Positions 49,349 to 58,291 are shown, counted from the first letter of the stretch. The stretch: 58,780 bases of DNA from Chromatiales bacterium (GCA_043673815.1 JBIMKD010000236.1:1-58780); one strand, 5' to 3'. The notes: generated by a model not told the origin, from the letters alone. Translations and numbers: made by a program.

Positions 49349-49471
49349 CGGTCTGATATCTTGGCTACGGCCTATGCGACCGGTGCCTATTCGCTGGCCG
49401 AGCTCGGCAGATTCTTCGGTAAGCATTGCAGCACGGTAAGCCGCGTTGCGCGCAAAAGATCAAATCGTTGA
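49349..49471 (+). pseudogene. C-terminal HTH remnant of a Y1 (IS200/RAYT-like) transposase
   Basis: Own translation RSDILATAYATGAYSLAELGRFFGKHCSTVSRVARKRSNR*. It resembles the DnaA-C-like HTH tail (GYS..EIA..FG.HYSTVSR) seen on some COG1943 transposases. No upstream catalytic domain is present. Confidence 0.4.
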
Positions 49472-49594
49472 ACCACAACCTGAACCCTGAATTTGTTGAT
49501 GGTAAGAAGAGCTGCCTAGCTAAGGATAACATCCTGGTTTACGCTCGCGCGGTGATCCGTCATCATACTACCTTGCCGCAGATCCATTATTAGA

Positions 49595-50890
49595 ATGACC
49601 GTACCGCAAGCAGCGATGAACCGGGAAAACGGCACGCCGGCGCGCGCGCCGCACGTGGCGGCCTGTCCTTTCTGCAGCTTGCTCTGCGATGATCTTATCG
49701 TGGAGCAGGGGGGCGGCCGCGTGCGCGTCCTGAAGAACGGTTGTGGCCGGGCAGTTTCCGGATTCGAGAACCCGGACGGGCCGAGTCAGCCGCGCCTCAA
49801 GGGCAAGCCGGCAACGATCGCAGAGTGCATCGAGCGGGCGGCGGCGATCCTTCGCGGCGCCCGCTTTCCTCTCTACGCCGGGCTGGGGACGGATGTCGGC
49901 GGGATGCGTGCGGTGCTGAGCCTCGCCGAACGCACCGGGGGCGCGCTCGATCACATGCACGGAAACGCGCTCCAGCGGAATATCGGCGTGCTACAAGACA
50001 CGGGTTGGATGACGACCACGCTCACGGAGTTAAAGAATCGCGCCGACCTGATTATTTTCGCAGGTACCGATGCGGTGAGCGCGCATCCACGTTTTTTCGA
50101 GCGCCTCGTTTGGAACCAAGAATCGCTATTTCAGCTCGAAAGCAACGCACGCCAGATCATCTACCTCGGGGCCGGGCTCAACACCAAGCCCGGAACCAGC
50201 CCCGAGGGCCGAAAACCCTTGCACGTCCGTTTCGATCCGCGGCGACTCATCGAAATCGTGTCGGCGTTACGCGCGCTCGCGGCGGGGCATCGGCTCCAAG
50301 CAGCCGCGATCGCCGGAGTACGGATCCCGGTCTTGAATTCTATCATCGAAAAGATGAAAGCGGCCCGCTATGGGGTGCTGGCCTGGTCGACCGCCGAGCT
50401 TGATTATCCGCAAGCCGGGCTCGCTGTCGAAGCATGTGTGGAATTAGTAAACGATCTCAATGCATCCACACGTTTTTCCGGTTTGCCCTTGGGCGGCAAC
50501 GACGGCGCAATGACGGCCAGCAGCGTGTGCGCATGGCAGACGGGTTTTCCGCTCCGCACCGCGTTCGCGGCGGGGTATCCGGCGCATGATGCGCATCGTT
50601 ATAGCACCGGCCACTTGGTGGCATCGGGATCCGCCGATGCCGTCGTGTGGATCTCGGCGTTTCGCGCGGCGCCTCCGCCGGCGGCCAAACCCCTGGTCGT
50701 ACTCGGCGCCCTGGATACCCATTTTTCCGAGGAGCCAGACGTTTTTATCCCGGTGGCGATCCCGGGACTCGATCATGCGGCTCAGCTCGTGCGGCTCGAT
50801 TCGGTGGTGTCGGTGTACCTCGAACGGCAGCGAACCTCGCCCCTGCCGAGCGTCGCGCACCTACTCACGGAAATCCAAAATGCGCTGTAG
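49595..50890 (+). CDS. fhcB: Formyltransferase/hydrolase complex subunit B (FwdB/FmdB-like)
   Basis: N-terminal CPFCSLLCDD cluster-like motif and molybdopterin-oxidoreductase-like fold without the full Mo domain. Clustered with fhcA/D/C. Confidence 0.85.
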   Translation: MTVPQAAMNRENGTPARAPHVAACPFCSLLCDDLIVEQGGGRVRVLKNGCGRAVSGFENPDGPSQPRLKGKPATIAECIERAAAILRGARFPLYAGLGTDVGGMRAVLSLAERTGGALDHMHGNALQRNIGVLQDTGWMTTTLTELKNRADLIIFAGTDAVSAHPRFFERLVWNQESLFQLESNARQIIYLGAGLNTKPGTSPEGRKPLHVRFDPRRLIEIVSALRALAAGHRLQAAAIAGVRIPVLNSIIEKMKAARYGVLAWSTAELDYPQAGLAVEACVELVNDLNASTRFSGLPLGGNDGAMTASSVCAWQTGFPLRTAFAAGYPAHDAHRYSTGHLVASGSADAVVWISAFRAAPPPAAKPLVVLGALDTHFSEEPDVFIPVAIPGLDHAAQLVRLDSVVSVYLERQRTSPLPSVAHLLTEIQNAL

Positions 50891-50939
50891 ATTCTAGCCG
50901 CCCAAATGTTGAACAAGACCACTACGACGAAAGGATAAG

Positions 50940-51052
50940 TCCCTTCTCCCTCCGGGAGAAGGTTAGGATGAGGGGATATAAAATGATATAAAATAATGAG
51001 TTATACTTATTCTAATCCCCTCACCCCAACCCTCTCCCGGAGGGAGAGGGAG
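50940..51052. repeat. REPIN-like nested palindromic doublet, inverted copy of 45567-45672
   Basis: 50940-50976 equals the reverse complement of 45636-45672 at 36/37 nt. 51016-51052 equals the reverse complement of 45567-45603 at 34/37, differing only in the 3-nt loop. The spacers are AT-rich and only partly similar. Confidence 0.75.
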
Positions 51053-51219
51053 TTTAACGGTACAAACCAAATACTTAAGCGGGCTATCCACTTGGCGCAA
51101 GGTAACCACTCCCTGTTGTGGGTCCGCCTCCTGCGATACTACAAGATATTTGGTGCTACTTGCGCGAAGTGGATAGCCCATATACTTAAATCTCGAATAT
51201 TTTTGGCTAAGACATCGGC

Positions 51220-52890
51220 GTGTTAACGTGCTTGAGCGGCGGTAAGGTCTACGACCCGGCCCACGGGGTCGACGGCGAGGTCCGCGATATCTTCATCCGC
51301 GACGGCCGTATCGTCGCCCCGCCTTCCGGCGGTGTCAAGCCGGGCCACGAGTATGATCTCTCGGGCGCCGTAGTCATGGCGGGAGGGATCGATATCCATA
51401 CCCATATCGGCGGGGGCAAGATGACGATCGCCCGGGTTTTGCTGCCCGAGGATCACGCGTCCCATCCGGTCGCCTCAGGACGGATCACGCGCTCGGGATC
51501 GGGCCTGGCGACACCCTCGACGATCACCACCGGCTACCGTTACGCCGAAATGGGCTACACGGCGTGCTTCGAACCCGCGATGCTGCCGCTGAACGCGCGC
51601 CAGACGCATATGGAAATGGCGGATACACCGATCGTGGACAAGGGCGCCTACGCGCTGCTCGGTAACGACGATTTTTTCCTGCGGCTGCTCGCCGAAGGCC
51701 GCGAACAGGCGCTCATCAATGATTACGTGGCCTGGACCTTGGAAACCTCGCAAGCCCTCGCGATCAAGGTGGTTAATCCGGGCGGGATCAGCGCCTTCAA
51801 GTTCAATCAACGCATGCTCGATCTGGATGAGGAGCATTGTTATTATCCGATTACGCCGCGCTTGATTCTGCAGCGGCTCGCGCGAGCGGTCTTCGATCTC
51901 GGCGTGCCTCACCCGCTGCACGTTCACGGGTGCAATCTCGGCGTCGCGGGCAATGTCGATACTACGCTAAAAACGATCGCCGCTAGCGACGGCCTACCCT
52001 TGCACCTGACGCATGTGCAATTCCACAGTTATGGTACGGAGGGCGACCGCCGCTTCTCCTCCGGAGCGGCGCGCATCGCCGAGAGCGTCAACAGCCACCC
52101 GAATATCTCCATCGACGTCGGTCAGATCATGTTCGGCCAGACCATCACGGCCTCGGGCGATACCATGGCGCAGCACCGGAACCGCGCCCGCGCTTACCCC
52201 AAGAAATGGGTGTGCATGGACATCGAGTGCGATGCCGGCTGCGGCGTGGTGCCGTTCCGCTACAGGGACAAGAGCTTCGTGAACTCGCTGCAGTGGGCGA
52301 TCGGATTGGAATTGTTCCTCATGGTCAAGGACCCCTGGCGTATTTTCCTGACCACCGATCACCCGAACGGAGCGCCGTTCACGACCTATCCGCACCTCAT
52401 CCGCTTGTTGATGGACAAGAGCTACCGTAACGATAAGCTGGCGACGATCCATCGGGGCGCCGCGGCGATGAGCACGCTCGGGAGTCTCGGCCGGGAATAT
52501 ACCCTTTACGAAATCGCCATCATGACGCGGGCCGCGCCGGTCCGGAGCCTGGGATTGACCGATCGCGGCCACCTAGGCCCCGGCGCGGCGGCCGACATCA
52601 CGGTCTACAAGGAGCACAAGGATCGCGAGCGGATGTTCTCCCAGCCCCGGTTCGTATTTAAAGACGGTGAGCTGGTCGTGAAAAACGGCAAAGTGATCAA
52701 GATCATTCAAGGCAGCACCCATGTGGTGCGGCCCGATTACGATCCAAGCATCGAACGTATCCTGCGGCCGCATCTCGAGAAATACCATACGCTGGGATGG
52801 GAGAATAGGAAACTGCGCGATGAGGAGATCGCGGGCGATGGCCGCGGCCGAATCTTGATCGCCAAATGCACGCCGCCGCAAACCGCATGA
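51220..52890 (+). CDS. fhcA: Formyltransferase/hydrolase complex subunit A (FwdA-like amidohydrolase)
   Basis: GGIDIHTHIGG metal motif. 556 aa, FwdA family. GTG start. Confidence 0.9.
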   Translation: MLTCLSGGKVYDPAHGVDGEVRDIFIRDGRIVAPPSGGVKPGHEYDLSGAVVMAGGIDIHTHIGGGKMTIARVLLPEDHASHPVASGRITRSGSGLATPSTITTGYRYAEMGYTACFEPAMLPLNARQTHMEMADTPIVDKGAYALLGNDDFFLRLLAEGREQALINDYVAWTLETSQALAIKVVNPGGISAFKFNQRMLDLDEEHCYYPITPRLILQRLARAVFDLGVPHPLHVHGCNLGVAGNVDTTLKTIAASDGLPLHLTHVQFHSYGTEGDRRFSSGAARIAESVNSHPNISIDVGQIMFGQTITASGDTMAQHRNRARAYPKKWVCMDIECDAGCGVVPFRYRDKSFVNSLQWAIGLELFLMVKDPWRIFLTTDHPNGAPFTTYPHLIRLLMDKSYRNDKLATIHRGAAAMSTLGSLGREYTLYEIAIMTRAAPVRSLGLTDRGHLGPGAAADITVYKEHKDRERMFSQPRFVFKDGELVVKNGKVIKIIQGSTHVVRPDYDPSIERILRPHLEKYHTLGWENRKLRDEEIAGDGRGRILIAKCTPPQTA

Positions 52891-53783
52891 ATCTCAACGG
52901 CGTCTACATCGAGGACACGTTCGCCGAAGCCTTTCCGATGAAGGCGACGCGGCTCATCATCACGGCGATGACCTTGAAGTCGGCCTACCGCGCGGCCAAC
53001 TCGCTCACCGGCTTTGCCTCCTCTGTCATCGCTTGCGGGTGCGAGGCGGACATCGAGTGCGAGCTCGATCCCATGGATACGCCCGACGGCCGGCCGGGGA
53101 TCGCGGTTATCATCTTCGCGATGTCCGTGAAGCAACTAGCGGATCAGGTGCTCCGCCGGGTGGGGCAATCGGTCATGACCACCGCGACCAGCGCTTGTTT
53201 CGCGGGGCTGCGTTGCGAGCCCTCTATCAATCTCGGAAGCAGTATCCGGTTTTTCGGCGACGGCTATCAGATCGCCAAGCGCATCGACGGCATCCGTTAT
53301 TGGCGCATTCCCGTCATGCACGGGGAATTTGTCTGCGAAGAAAAGACCGGGGTCGCGGACGCGGTTGGGGGCGGCAATTTCCTGGTATTCGCGAAAACGA
53401 CGCGGCATGCGTTGACGGCCTGTGAGCAGGCGGTTAAAGCCATTCGCCGGGTGCCGCGCGCCGTCACCTGCTTCCCGGGGGGTATCGTCGGCTCCGGGTC
53501 CAAGGTGGGCTCGAAGTATAAGTTTATGAAAGCCTCTACCAATGACGCGTATTGTCCCACCTTGAAGGGCCGGGTACGCTCGAGCTTGACCCCCGAGGTC
53601 GGCTCGGTGCTGGAGGTGGTCGTCGATGCACTCGACCAAGAGGCCATTCGTGAATCGCTACGGGCCGGCATCGAAACCGTGTGTAAGTTCGGGCCGAAAA
53701 AGGGGATCTACCGGATCAGCGCCGGGAATTACGGCGGCAAATTGGGTCCCTATCATTTTCACTTGCGAGAGATCCTCGCTTGA
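52887..53783 (+). CDS. fhcD: Formylmethanofuran--tetrahydromethanopterin N-formyltransferase
   Basis: MNLNGVYIEDTFAEAFPMKATRLIITA is the Ftr N-terminus. ATGA overlap with the fhcA stop. The ATG at 52866 is less likely. Confidence 0.9.
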   Translation: MNLNGVYIEDTFAEAFPMKATRLIITAMTLKSAYRAANSLTGFASSVIACGCEADIECELDPMDTPDGRPGIAVIIFAMSVKQLADQVLRRVGQSVMTTATSACFAGLRCEPSINLGSSIRFFGDGYQIAKRIDGIRYWRIPVMHGEFVCEEKTGVADAVGGGNFLVFAKTTRHALTACEQAVKAIRRVPRAVTCFPGGIVGSGSKVGSKYKFMKASTNDAYCPTLKGRVRSSLTPEVGSVLEVVVDALDQEAIRESLRAGIETVCKFGPKKGIYRISAGNYGGKLGPYHFHLREILA

Positions 53784-54682
53784 CCCCGCTCACGCTCACG
53801 CTGCGGAGGCGTCCGGCCCAAGAGGTGGATCTCGGGCGCCTCACGCCCGATGGCTTACAGGCCATGGGCCGCCCCGCCATCGAGCAAATCAAGCTCAGCT
53901 GCGGTAACCGGTCGCTCCGCCTGCAAGAGCTTTTCGAGGTCCAGGGCGAGGACACGAGCGTGATCCAGATCCGCCGCGCTTGCGATAAACTGTACGGCAT
54001 CGGCATGGCGATGAGCTTCGGGAGCATCTCGGTACAAGGCCGCGCCGGTGACGATGTCGGCCGCAACATGCGTGGCGGGACGATCGCGGTGCGCGGATCG
54101 GCCGGTCATGGCACCGGACGCGGGATGCGCGGTGGTTACATCGAGGTACAAGCTAATACCGGGGACTTCCTGGGCGGCGCCGAGGCCGGCGCGCTCGAGG
54201 GCATGTCGGAAGGAGTCATCATCGTCTCGGGCGATGCGGGTGCCCGCGTCGGCGACCGCATGCGGCGCGGGATCATCTACGTGCGCGGCAATAGCGGCGA
54301 TTATTGCGGCAGCCGCATGAAAGGGGGAACCATCCTGGTGTTCGGGCAGAGCGGAGGCTATCCCGGGATGGGCATGCGCCGGGGCACGATCGTATTCGCC
54401 CGCAATCCGACCGAGATCGGCGCCACCTTCAATTCCTGTGGCGTCCTTAAGATGGAGTTTCTGCGTTTGCTGTTCCGGCAACTGAGCAACTCCTACCGTA
54501 AGCTCGCGCTTCTGCGCGATCTCGGGCCCGAGGCGGAGCGCTTCAGCGGCGATCTCGCGCTCGGCGGCAAGGGTGAGCTGTTAGTTTTACATTCGGCGCT
54601 CTTAGAGGTTGTAAATAAATCGTCGCGGCCAGCCCCGAGCGCCAGGAGCCGCGGAGCGAGCGACGCGCTATCAACGCGTTAG
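53780..54682 (+). CDS. fhcC: Formyltransferase/hydrolase complex subunit C (FwdC-like)
   Basis: Repeated G-x-x-G-x-x-MRGG beta-helix units (GRNMRGGTIAVRG, GRGMRGGYIEV, GSRMKGGTILV, GMGMRRGTIVF). Confidence 0.9.
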   Translation: MTPLTLTLRRRPAQEVDLGRLTPDGLQAMGRPAIEQIKLSCGNRSLRLQELFEVQGEDTSVIQIRRACDKLYGIGMAMSFGSISVQGRAGDDVGRNMRGGTIAVRGSAGHGTGRGMRGGYIEVQANTGDFLGGAEAGALEGMSEGVIIVSGDAGARVGDRMRRGIIYVRGNSGDYCGSRMKGGTILVFGQSGGYPGMGMRRGTIVFARNPTEIGATFNSCGVLKMEFLRLLFRQLSNSYRKLALLRDLGPEAERFSGDLALGGKGELLVLHSALLEVVNKSSRPAPSARSRGASDALSTR

Positions 54683-54716
54683 ACGCCACTAGTTACAATC
54701 GCTGAGCATTGGGGAT

Positions 54717-55376
54717 ATGGCCAAGAAAAGGAGGCTTGATATCAGAACACTCGTGGCTGAAGCTGCTCGCTTCGCGGAGGTCGAGAGTATCTACGACGAG
54801 CCAAGTCTCTACGGTGTGACCGACGGGAAAGCGGTGGGGACCTACCTGGAGCACAAATTTACGCAGTACTTGGCCGCGAAGTACGACTATGAACCCGGCA
54901 ACGCCGCCTCCGGAATTGATTTCCCGGGTTTGGGCGTAGATATAAAGGTCACAAGCATCAAGCAGCCACAGTCATCTAGCCCATTCAAATCAGCGCGGCA
55001 GAAGATATATGGCTTGGGCTATAATCTCTTGGTTTTCGTTTACGAAAAGAAGGACGACAGTAAGGGCCGCACCGCGCGTCTTGACATGCAACACACCATT
55101 TTTGTCGAACAACAGAGAACAGCAGACTTTCAAATGACGAAAGGCCTCTTGCAAATTCTTGAGAACGACGGAAACCTTGATGATCTCATCGCGTTCATGC
55201 AAGACAAGACTCTACCAGTCGATGACATTGAGGCACGTTCGATTGCCGAGGAAGTAATCCAGAACCCTCCGAAACAAGGTTACTTAACGATATCAAACGC
55301 ACTTCAGTGGCGGCTTCAGTATGGCCGTGTGATTCAACAAGCAGGGAAGGTCGACGGTATTCGTCGAATAAGGTAG
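54717..55376 (+). CDS. Putative type II restriction endonuclease (PD-(D/E)XK-like)
   Basis: GIDFPGLGVDIKVTS gives a D...D-x-K arrangement. The gene ends 7 nt upstream of the DNA methyltransferase start (55384), and GC is lower than in the flanks. No specific enzyme is recognised. Confidence 0.55.
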   Translation: MAKKRRLDIRTLVAEAARFAEVESIYDEPSLYGVTDGKAVGTYLEHKFTQYLAAKYDYEPGNAASGIDFPGLGVDIKVTSIKQPQSSSPFKSARQKIYGLGYNLLVFVYEKKDDSKGRTARLDMQHTIFVEQQRTADFQMTKGLLQILENDGNLDDLIAFMQDKTLPVDDIEARSIAEEVIQNPPKQGYLTISNALQWRLQYGRVIQQAGKVDGIRRIR

Positions 55377-55383
55377 CGCCAAG

Positions 55384-57000
55384 ATGGCAAGAAAAACGAA
55401 AGAGAAGTGGGAATTCGGTGATTTCCAAACACCTTTGCCACTTGCCGAAGCAGCGGTCGGGGCACTGCGTAGGACGGGCATCACTCCACGGTCCGTTCTG
55501 GAACCAACCTGCGGCAAGGGCGCATTCTTGGTAGCGGCGATTCAGGCATTTCCAGATGCCCAGCGGTACGTTGGGGTAGACGTCAATCCGACGCACTTGG
55601 CAGCGCTTGAACCTCGGATCTTAGCATCGAGCCGACCGGACGGCATTAAACTTATTCACGAAGATTTTTTCCAGCTCAACTGGGATGCGCTCCTAGCCGA
55701 GTTGCCGCAGCCGCTCCTTATTCTCGGCAATCCACCATGGGTCACGAGTTCAGAGCTTGCTCTATTGGAAAGTGCGAATGTCCCGAGCAAGTCGAATTTC
55801 CAGCAGCGCCGCGGTTACGACGCCATCACAGGCAAGAGTAACTTTGATATCTCGGAATGGATGCTATTACAGCATCTGGAGTGGCTGAAAGACCGGCGCG
55901 GTGCAATAGCCGTGTTATGTAAGGCCGCTGTTGCACGAAAGGTTCTACTCCATGCGTGGAAGCATCAGTTCCCCGTTGCTAGCTCCAGCATGTTTATGGT
56001 CGACGCGCAGAAACACTTCGGTGCATCCGTAGATGCATGTTTTCTCGTAATCGATTTGCTTCAAGGAAGTCATGCGGTCGATTGCGCGGTTTACAACGCG
56101 CTTGACTCTGCAAGGCCATCTCAAACGATCGGCTACCACGACGCAATTATTCTTTCCAACGTGGCGCAGTACAGCAAGTGGCGCCATCTTATCGGTAGTG
56201 ATCATGCCTACACCTGGAGATCTGGGATCAAGCATGACTGTTCCAAGGTTATGGAGCTTGAACCCGAAGGCGATAAATACCGTAACGCTATGGGGGAGCT
56301 AATTGCTCTTGAGGACGACTATGTCTATCCGATGCTGAAGAGTTCGGATATCGGGAATGGGCGAATTCGCTATGGCCGCAAGCACATGCTGGTAACGCAG
56401 AAATACGTGGGGGAAGACACCAGTCCGATAAAGAGAACTGCTCCAAGGACCTGGCGTTACCTCGAGTCGCATAGCGAGCTTTTTGAGAAAAGAGGGAGCT
56501 CGATCTACCGCAATCGACCGACCTATTCAATATTTGGAGTTGGTGACTACTCGTTCTCAGGTTGGAAGGTAGTTATCTCGGGCTTCTATAAGCGGCTGTC
56601 CTTCCAGGTAGTAGAGCCATTTCGCGACAAAGCCGTGGTCTTGGACGACACCACCTACTTCCTCCCATGTTGGTCAGAGTCCGAAGCTCGCTTCGTGGCA
56701 GGACTGGTTAATTCAGAACCCGCATTACAGTTCCTTGAATCGATGATCTTCTGGTCGGACAAGCGGCCGATCACGGTTGAGATACTGAAGCGGCTCGATC
56801 TTCACGCGCTTAGTCGTGAGATCGGTTGTGAACCGGAGTATCAGAATTTCGCGAAGCGCCGCAAAGACCACGAAATGGAGAACGCTCACGGGCAGCTATC
56901 CTTTGGTATTGCGCAGAGAAGGACCAAGTACGTAGTCAATGAAGAAGTGGCGTCTAACAAGTCGCGGCAGCGGATGGGCCAAAAGACGGGGAGCCGCTGA
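55384..57000 (+). CDS. N6-adenine DNA methyltransferase, gamma class (Eco57I/TaqI-like)
   Basis: Motif I VLEPTCGKGAFL, then motif IV LGNPPWV. Large C-terminal target-recognition region. Confidence 0.85.
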   Translation: MARKTKEKWEFGDFQTPLPLAEAAVGALRRTGITPRSVLEPTCGKGAFLVAAIQAFPDAQRYVGVDVNPTHLAALEPRILASSRPDGIKLIHEDFFQLNWDALLAELPQPLLILGNPPWVTSSELALLESANVPSKSNFQQRRGYDAITGKSNFDISEWMLLQHLEWLKDRRGAIAVLCKAAVARKVLLHAWKHQFPVASSSMFMVDAQKHFGASVDACFLVIDLLQGSHAVDCAVYNALDSARPSQTIGYHDAIILSNVAQYSKWRHLIGSDHAYTWRSGIKHDCSKVMELEPEGDKYRNAMGELIALEDDYVYPMLKSSDIGNGRIRYGRKHMLVTQKYVGEDTSPIKRTAPRTWRYLESHSELFEKRGSSIYRNRPTYSIFGVGDYSFSGWKVVISGFYKRLSFQVVEPFRDKAVVLDDTTYFLPCWSESEARFVAGLVNSEPALQFLESMIFWSDKRPITVEILKRLDLHALSREIGCEPEYQNFAKRRKDHEMENAHGQLSFGIAQRRTKYVVNEEVASNKSRQRMGQKTGSR

Positions 57001-57042
57001 GCGAGCGGCGAGACATCGAGGAAGCAATCGCTAGGGTCAAGA

Positions 57043-57498
57043 ATGACAAGTCGCCTATTTGTCTACGGGACACTCCGGAAAGACAGCGGGAAAAGCGTGT
57101 TCCACCGGTTCGCGCGCGAAGCGAGGTTCATTGGGCGTGCGCGAGTACAAGGACGACTCTTGCACCTGGGTGAATATCCGGGGCTTGTGCCGTCCCGCGA
57201 CCCCGGCTTGTGGGTCCACGGGGAGGTGTATGCTCTCGAAAATCCACCTGACATTCTGGCTCGCCTGGACGACTACGAGGGTTGTGGGCCGAATGACCCC
57301 GAGCCCCACGAGTTCGAGCGGGTCGAGAAGGACATCGTCCTGGAATCCGGCACACGAGACGATGTATGGGTTTATGTCTACAGGGGCTCGACTACCGACA
57401 AGAAGGAGATATCGTCCGGGGATTACTTCAGGGAGGCTCTCAGACAACGGTATGCAGATCACGGCGGCTGCGCAGCCGCTGGTGAGCTTGATCGATAG
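57043..57498 (+). CDS. Gamma-glutamylcyclotransferase (AIG2/GGACT-like) family protein
   Basis: LFVYGTLRKD...YPGLV...VHGEVY...LDDYEG core motifs. Confidence 0.85.
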   Translation: MTSRLFVYGTLRKDSGKSVFHRFAREARFIGRARVQGRLLHLGEYPGLVPSRDPGLWVHGEVYALENPPDILARLDDYEGCGPNDPEPHEFERVEKDIVLESGTRDDVWVYVYRGSTTDKKEISSGDYFREALRQRYADHGGCAAAGELDR

Positions 57499-57521
57499 GC
57501 GAGTAGCGAGCACGCGAGCGG

Positions 57522-57566
57522 GCGAGCGGGATGCGCGGTAGATTGGTTCACAAGCTCTGAGGACAC
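57522..57566. repeat. Direct repeat, left copy (right copy at 58345-58391)
   Basis: gcgagcgggatgcgcGgtagattgGttcacaagctctgaggacac against 58345-58391: 2 substitutions plus a 2-nt indel. Ends 1 nt before the fdh-beta-like ATG. Confidence 0.75.
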
Positions 57567-57567
57567 G

Positions 57568-57831
57568 ATGGCATTACTCATGAAGGGCAAGGGCAAAAAA
57601 GAGGGCCGACGGGGCGCGGGCCGCAAGGTCGAACCGAAGGCGCTCGCCGAGATTCGCGAGCTGCTGGGAGAGGTGCCGAGGCATCGCGATCTCCTGATCG
57701 AGTTTTTGCACAAGATCCAGGATCGCCATCATTGTATCTCGGCGGCGCATATCGTCGCCCTGGCGAAAGAGATGAACCTCCCGACCACCTACGCTGCAGT
57801 TCCTGGGCAGGGGACTATGCGAGACGTTTAG
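57568..57831 (+). pseudogene. N-terminal stub (about 72 codons) of a NuoE-like formate dehydrogenase subunit (FdsG / fused Fdh beta N-terminus)
   Basis: VEPKALAEIRELLGEVPRHRDLLIEFLHKIQDRHHCISAAHIVALAKEMNL matches the start of NuoE-like domains of NAD-linked formate dehydrogenases. Similarity ends at about 57780, before the FYHHF and 2Fe-2S Cys region, with a stop 17 codons later. Confidence 0.65.
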
Positions 57832-57859
57832 GCGCAGCCAAATACTCAGGAGTAGCAGA

Positions 57860-58072
57860 ATGAAATATGGAGTCTTAATTGAACAAGACGAGGATGGGGT
57901 TTTTGTTGCTGACGTGCCGGCTTTACCGGGCTGCATCTCACAGGGCAAAACGAGGACGGAAGCCCTGACCAATATTCAAGAGGCGATTGAGGCTTATCTA
58001 GAAAGCCTGCGGGTGCATGATGAACCTGTCCCTCCATCAATCGACGAAGAGGTAATAGAGATTGCCGTGTGA
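57860..58072 (+). CDS. hicB: HicB-family antitoxin (UPF0150 type)
   Basis: MKYGVLIEQDEDGVFVADVPALPGCISQGKTRTEALTNIQEAIEAYLE. Confidence 0.85.
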   Translation: MKYGVLIEQDEDGVFVADVPALPGCISQGKTRTEALTNIQEAIEAYLESLRVHDEPVPPSIDEEVIEIAV

Positions 58073-58291
58073 GTATTTTGCCACGGATTTCGGGACGTGA
58101 GGTTGTTGCAGCCTTGCTGAAGGCAGGTTACGCACGAGACCGACAGAAGGGTACTCATATCGTCTTGCGGCAGCGGTTCGTCCCCACCGCCGGATCGTTG
58201 TCCCTGATCATGCTGAAGTGGCTAAAGGAACCTTGCGAGCTATCATTAGCAAACAGGACTAACAGTGGAAGAATTCAAAGAGCATTTATGA
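58069..58291 (+). pseudogene. hicA: HicA-family toxin with two frameshifts
   Basis: Frame 1 reads LPRISGREVVAALLKAGYARDRQKGTHIVLRQ. Frame 2 reads RPHRRIVVPDHAEVAKGTLRAII. Frame 3 reads GLTVEEFKEHL*. Joined, they give a normal HicA. Confidence 0.7.

Noticed and set aside
49741-50403. 220-aa plus-strand ORF
   Set aside because: It is an alternative frame inside fhcB.
45567-51052. CRISPR array hypothesis for the repeated GC-rich units
   Set aside because: There are only two loci, the arms are inverted rather than direct, there are no regularly spaced unique spacers, and no cas genes are present.
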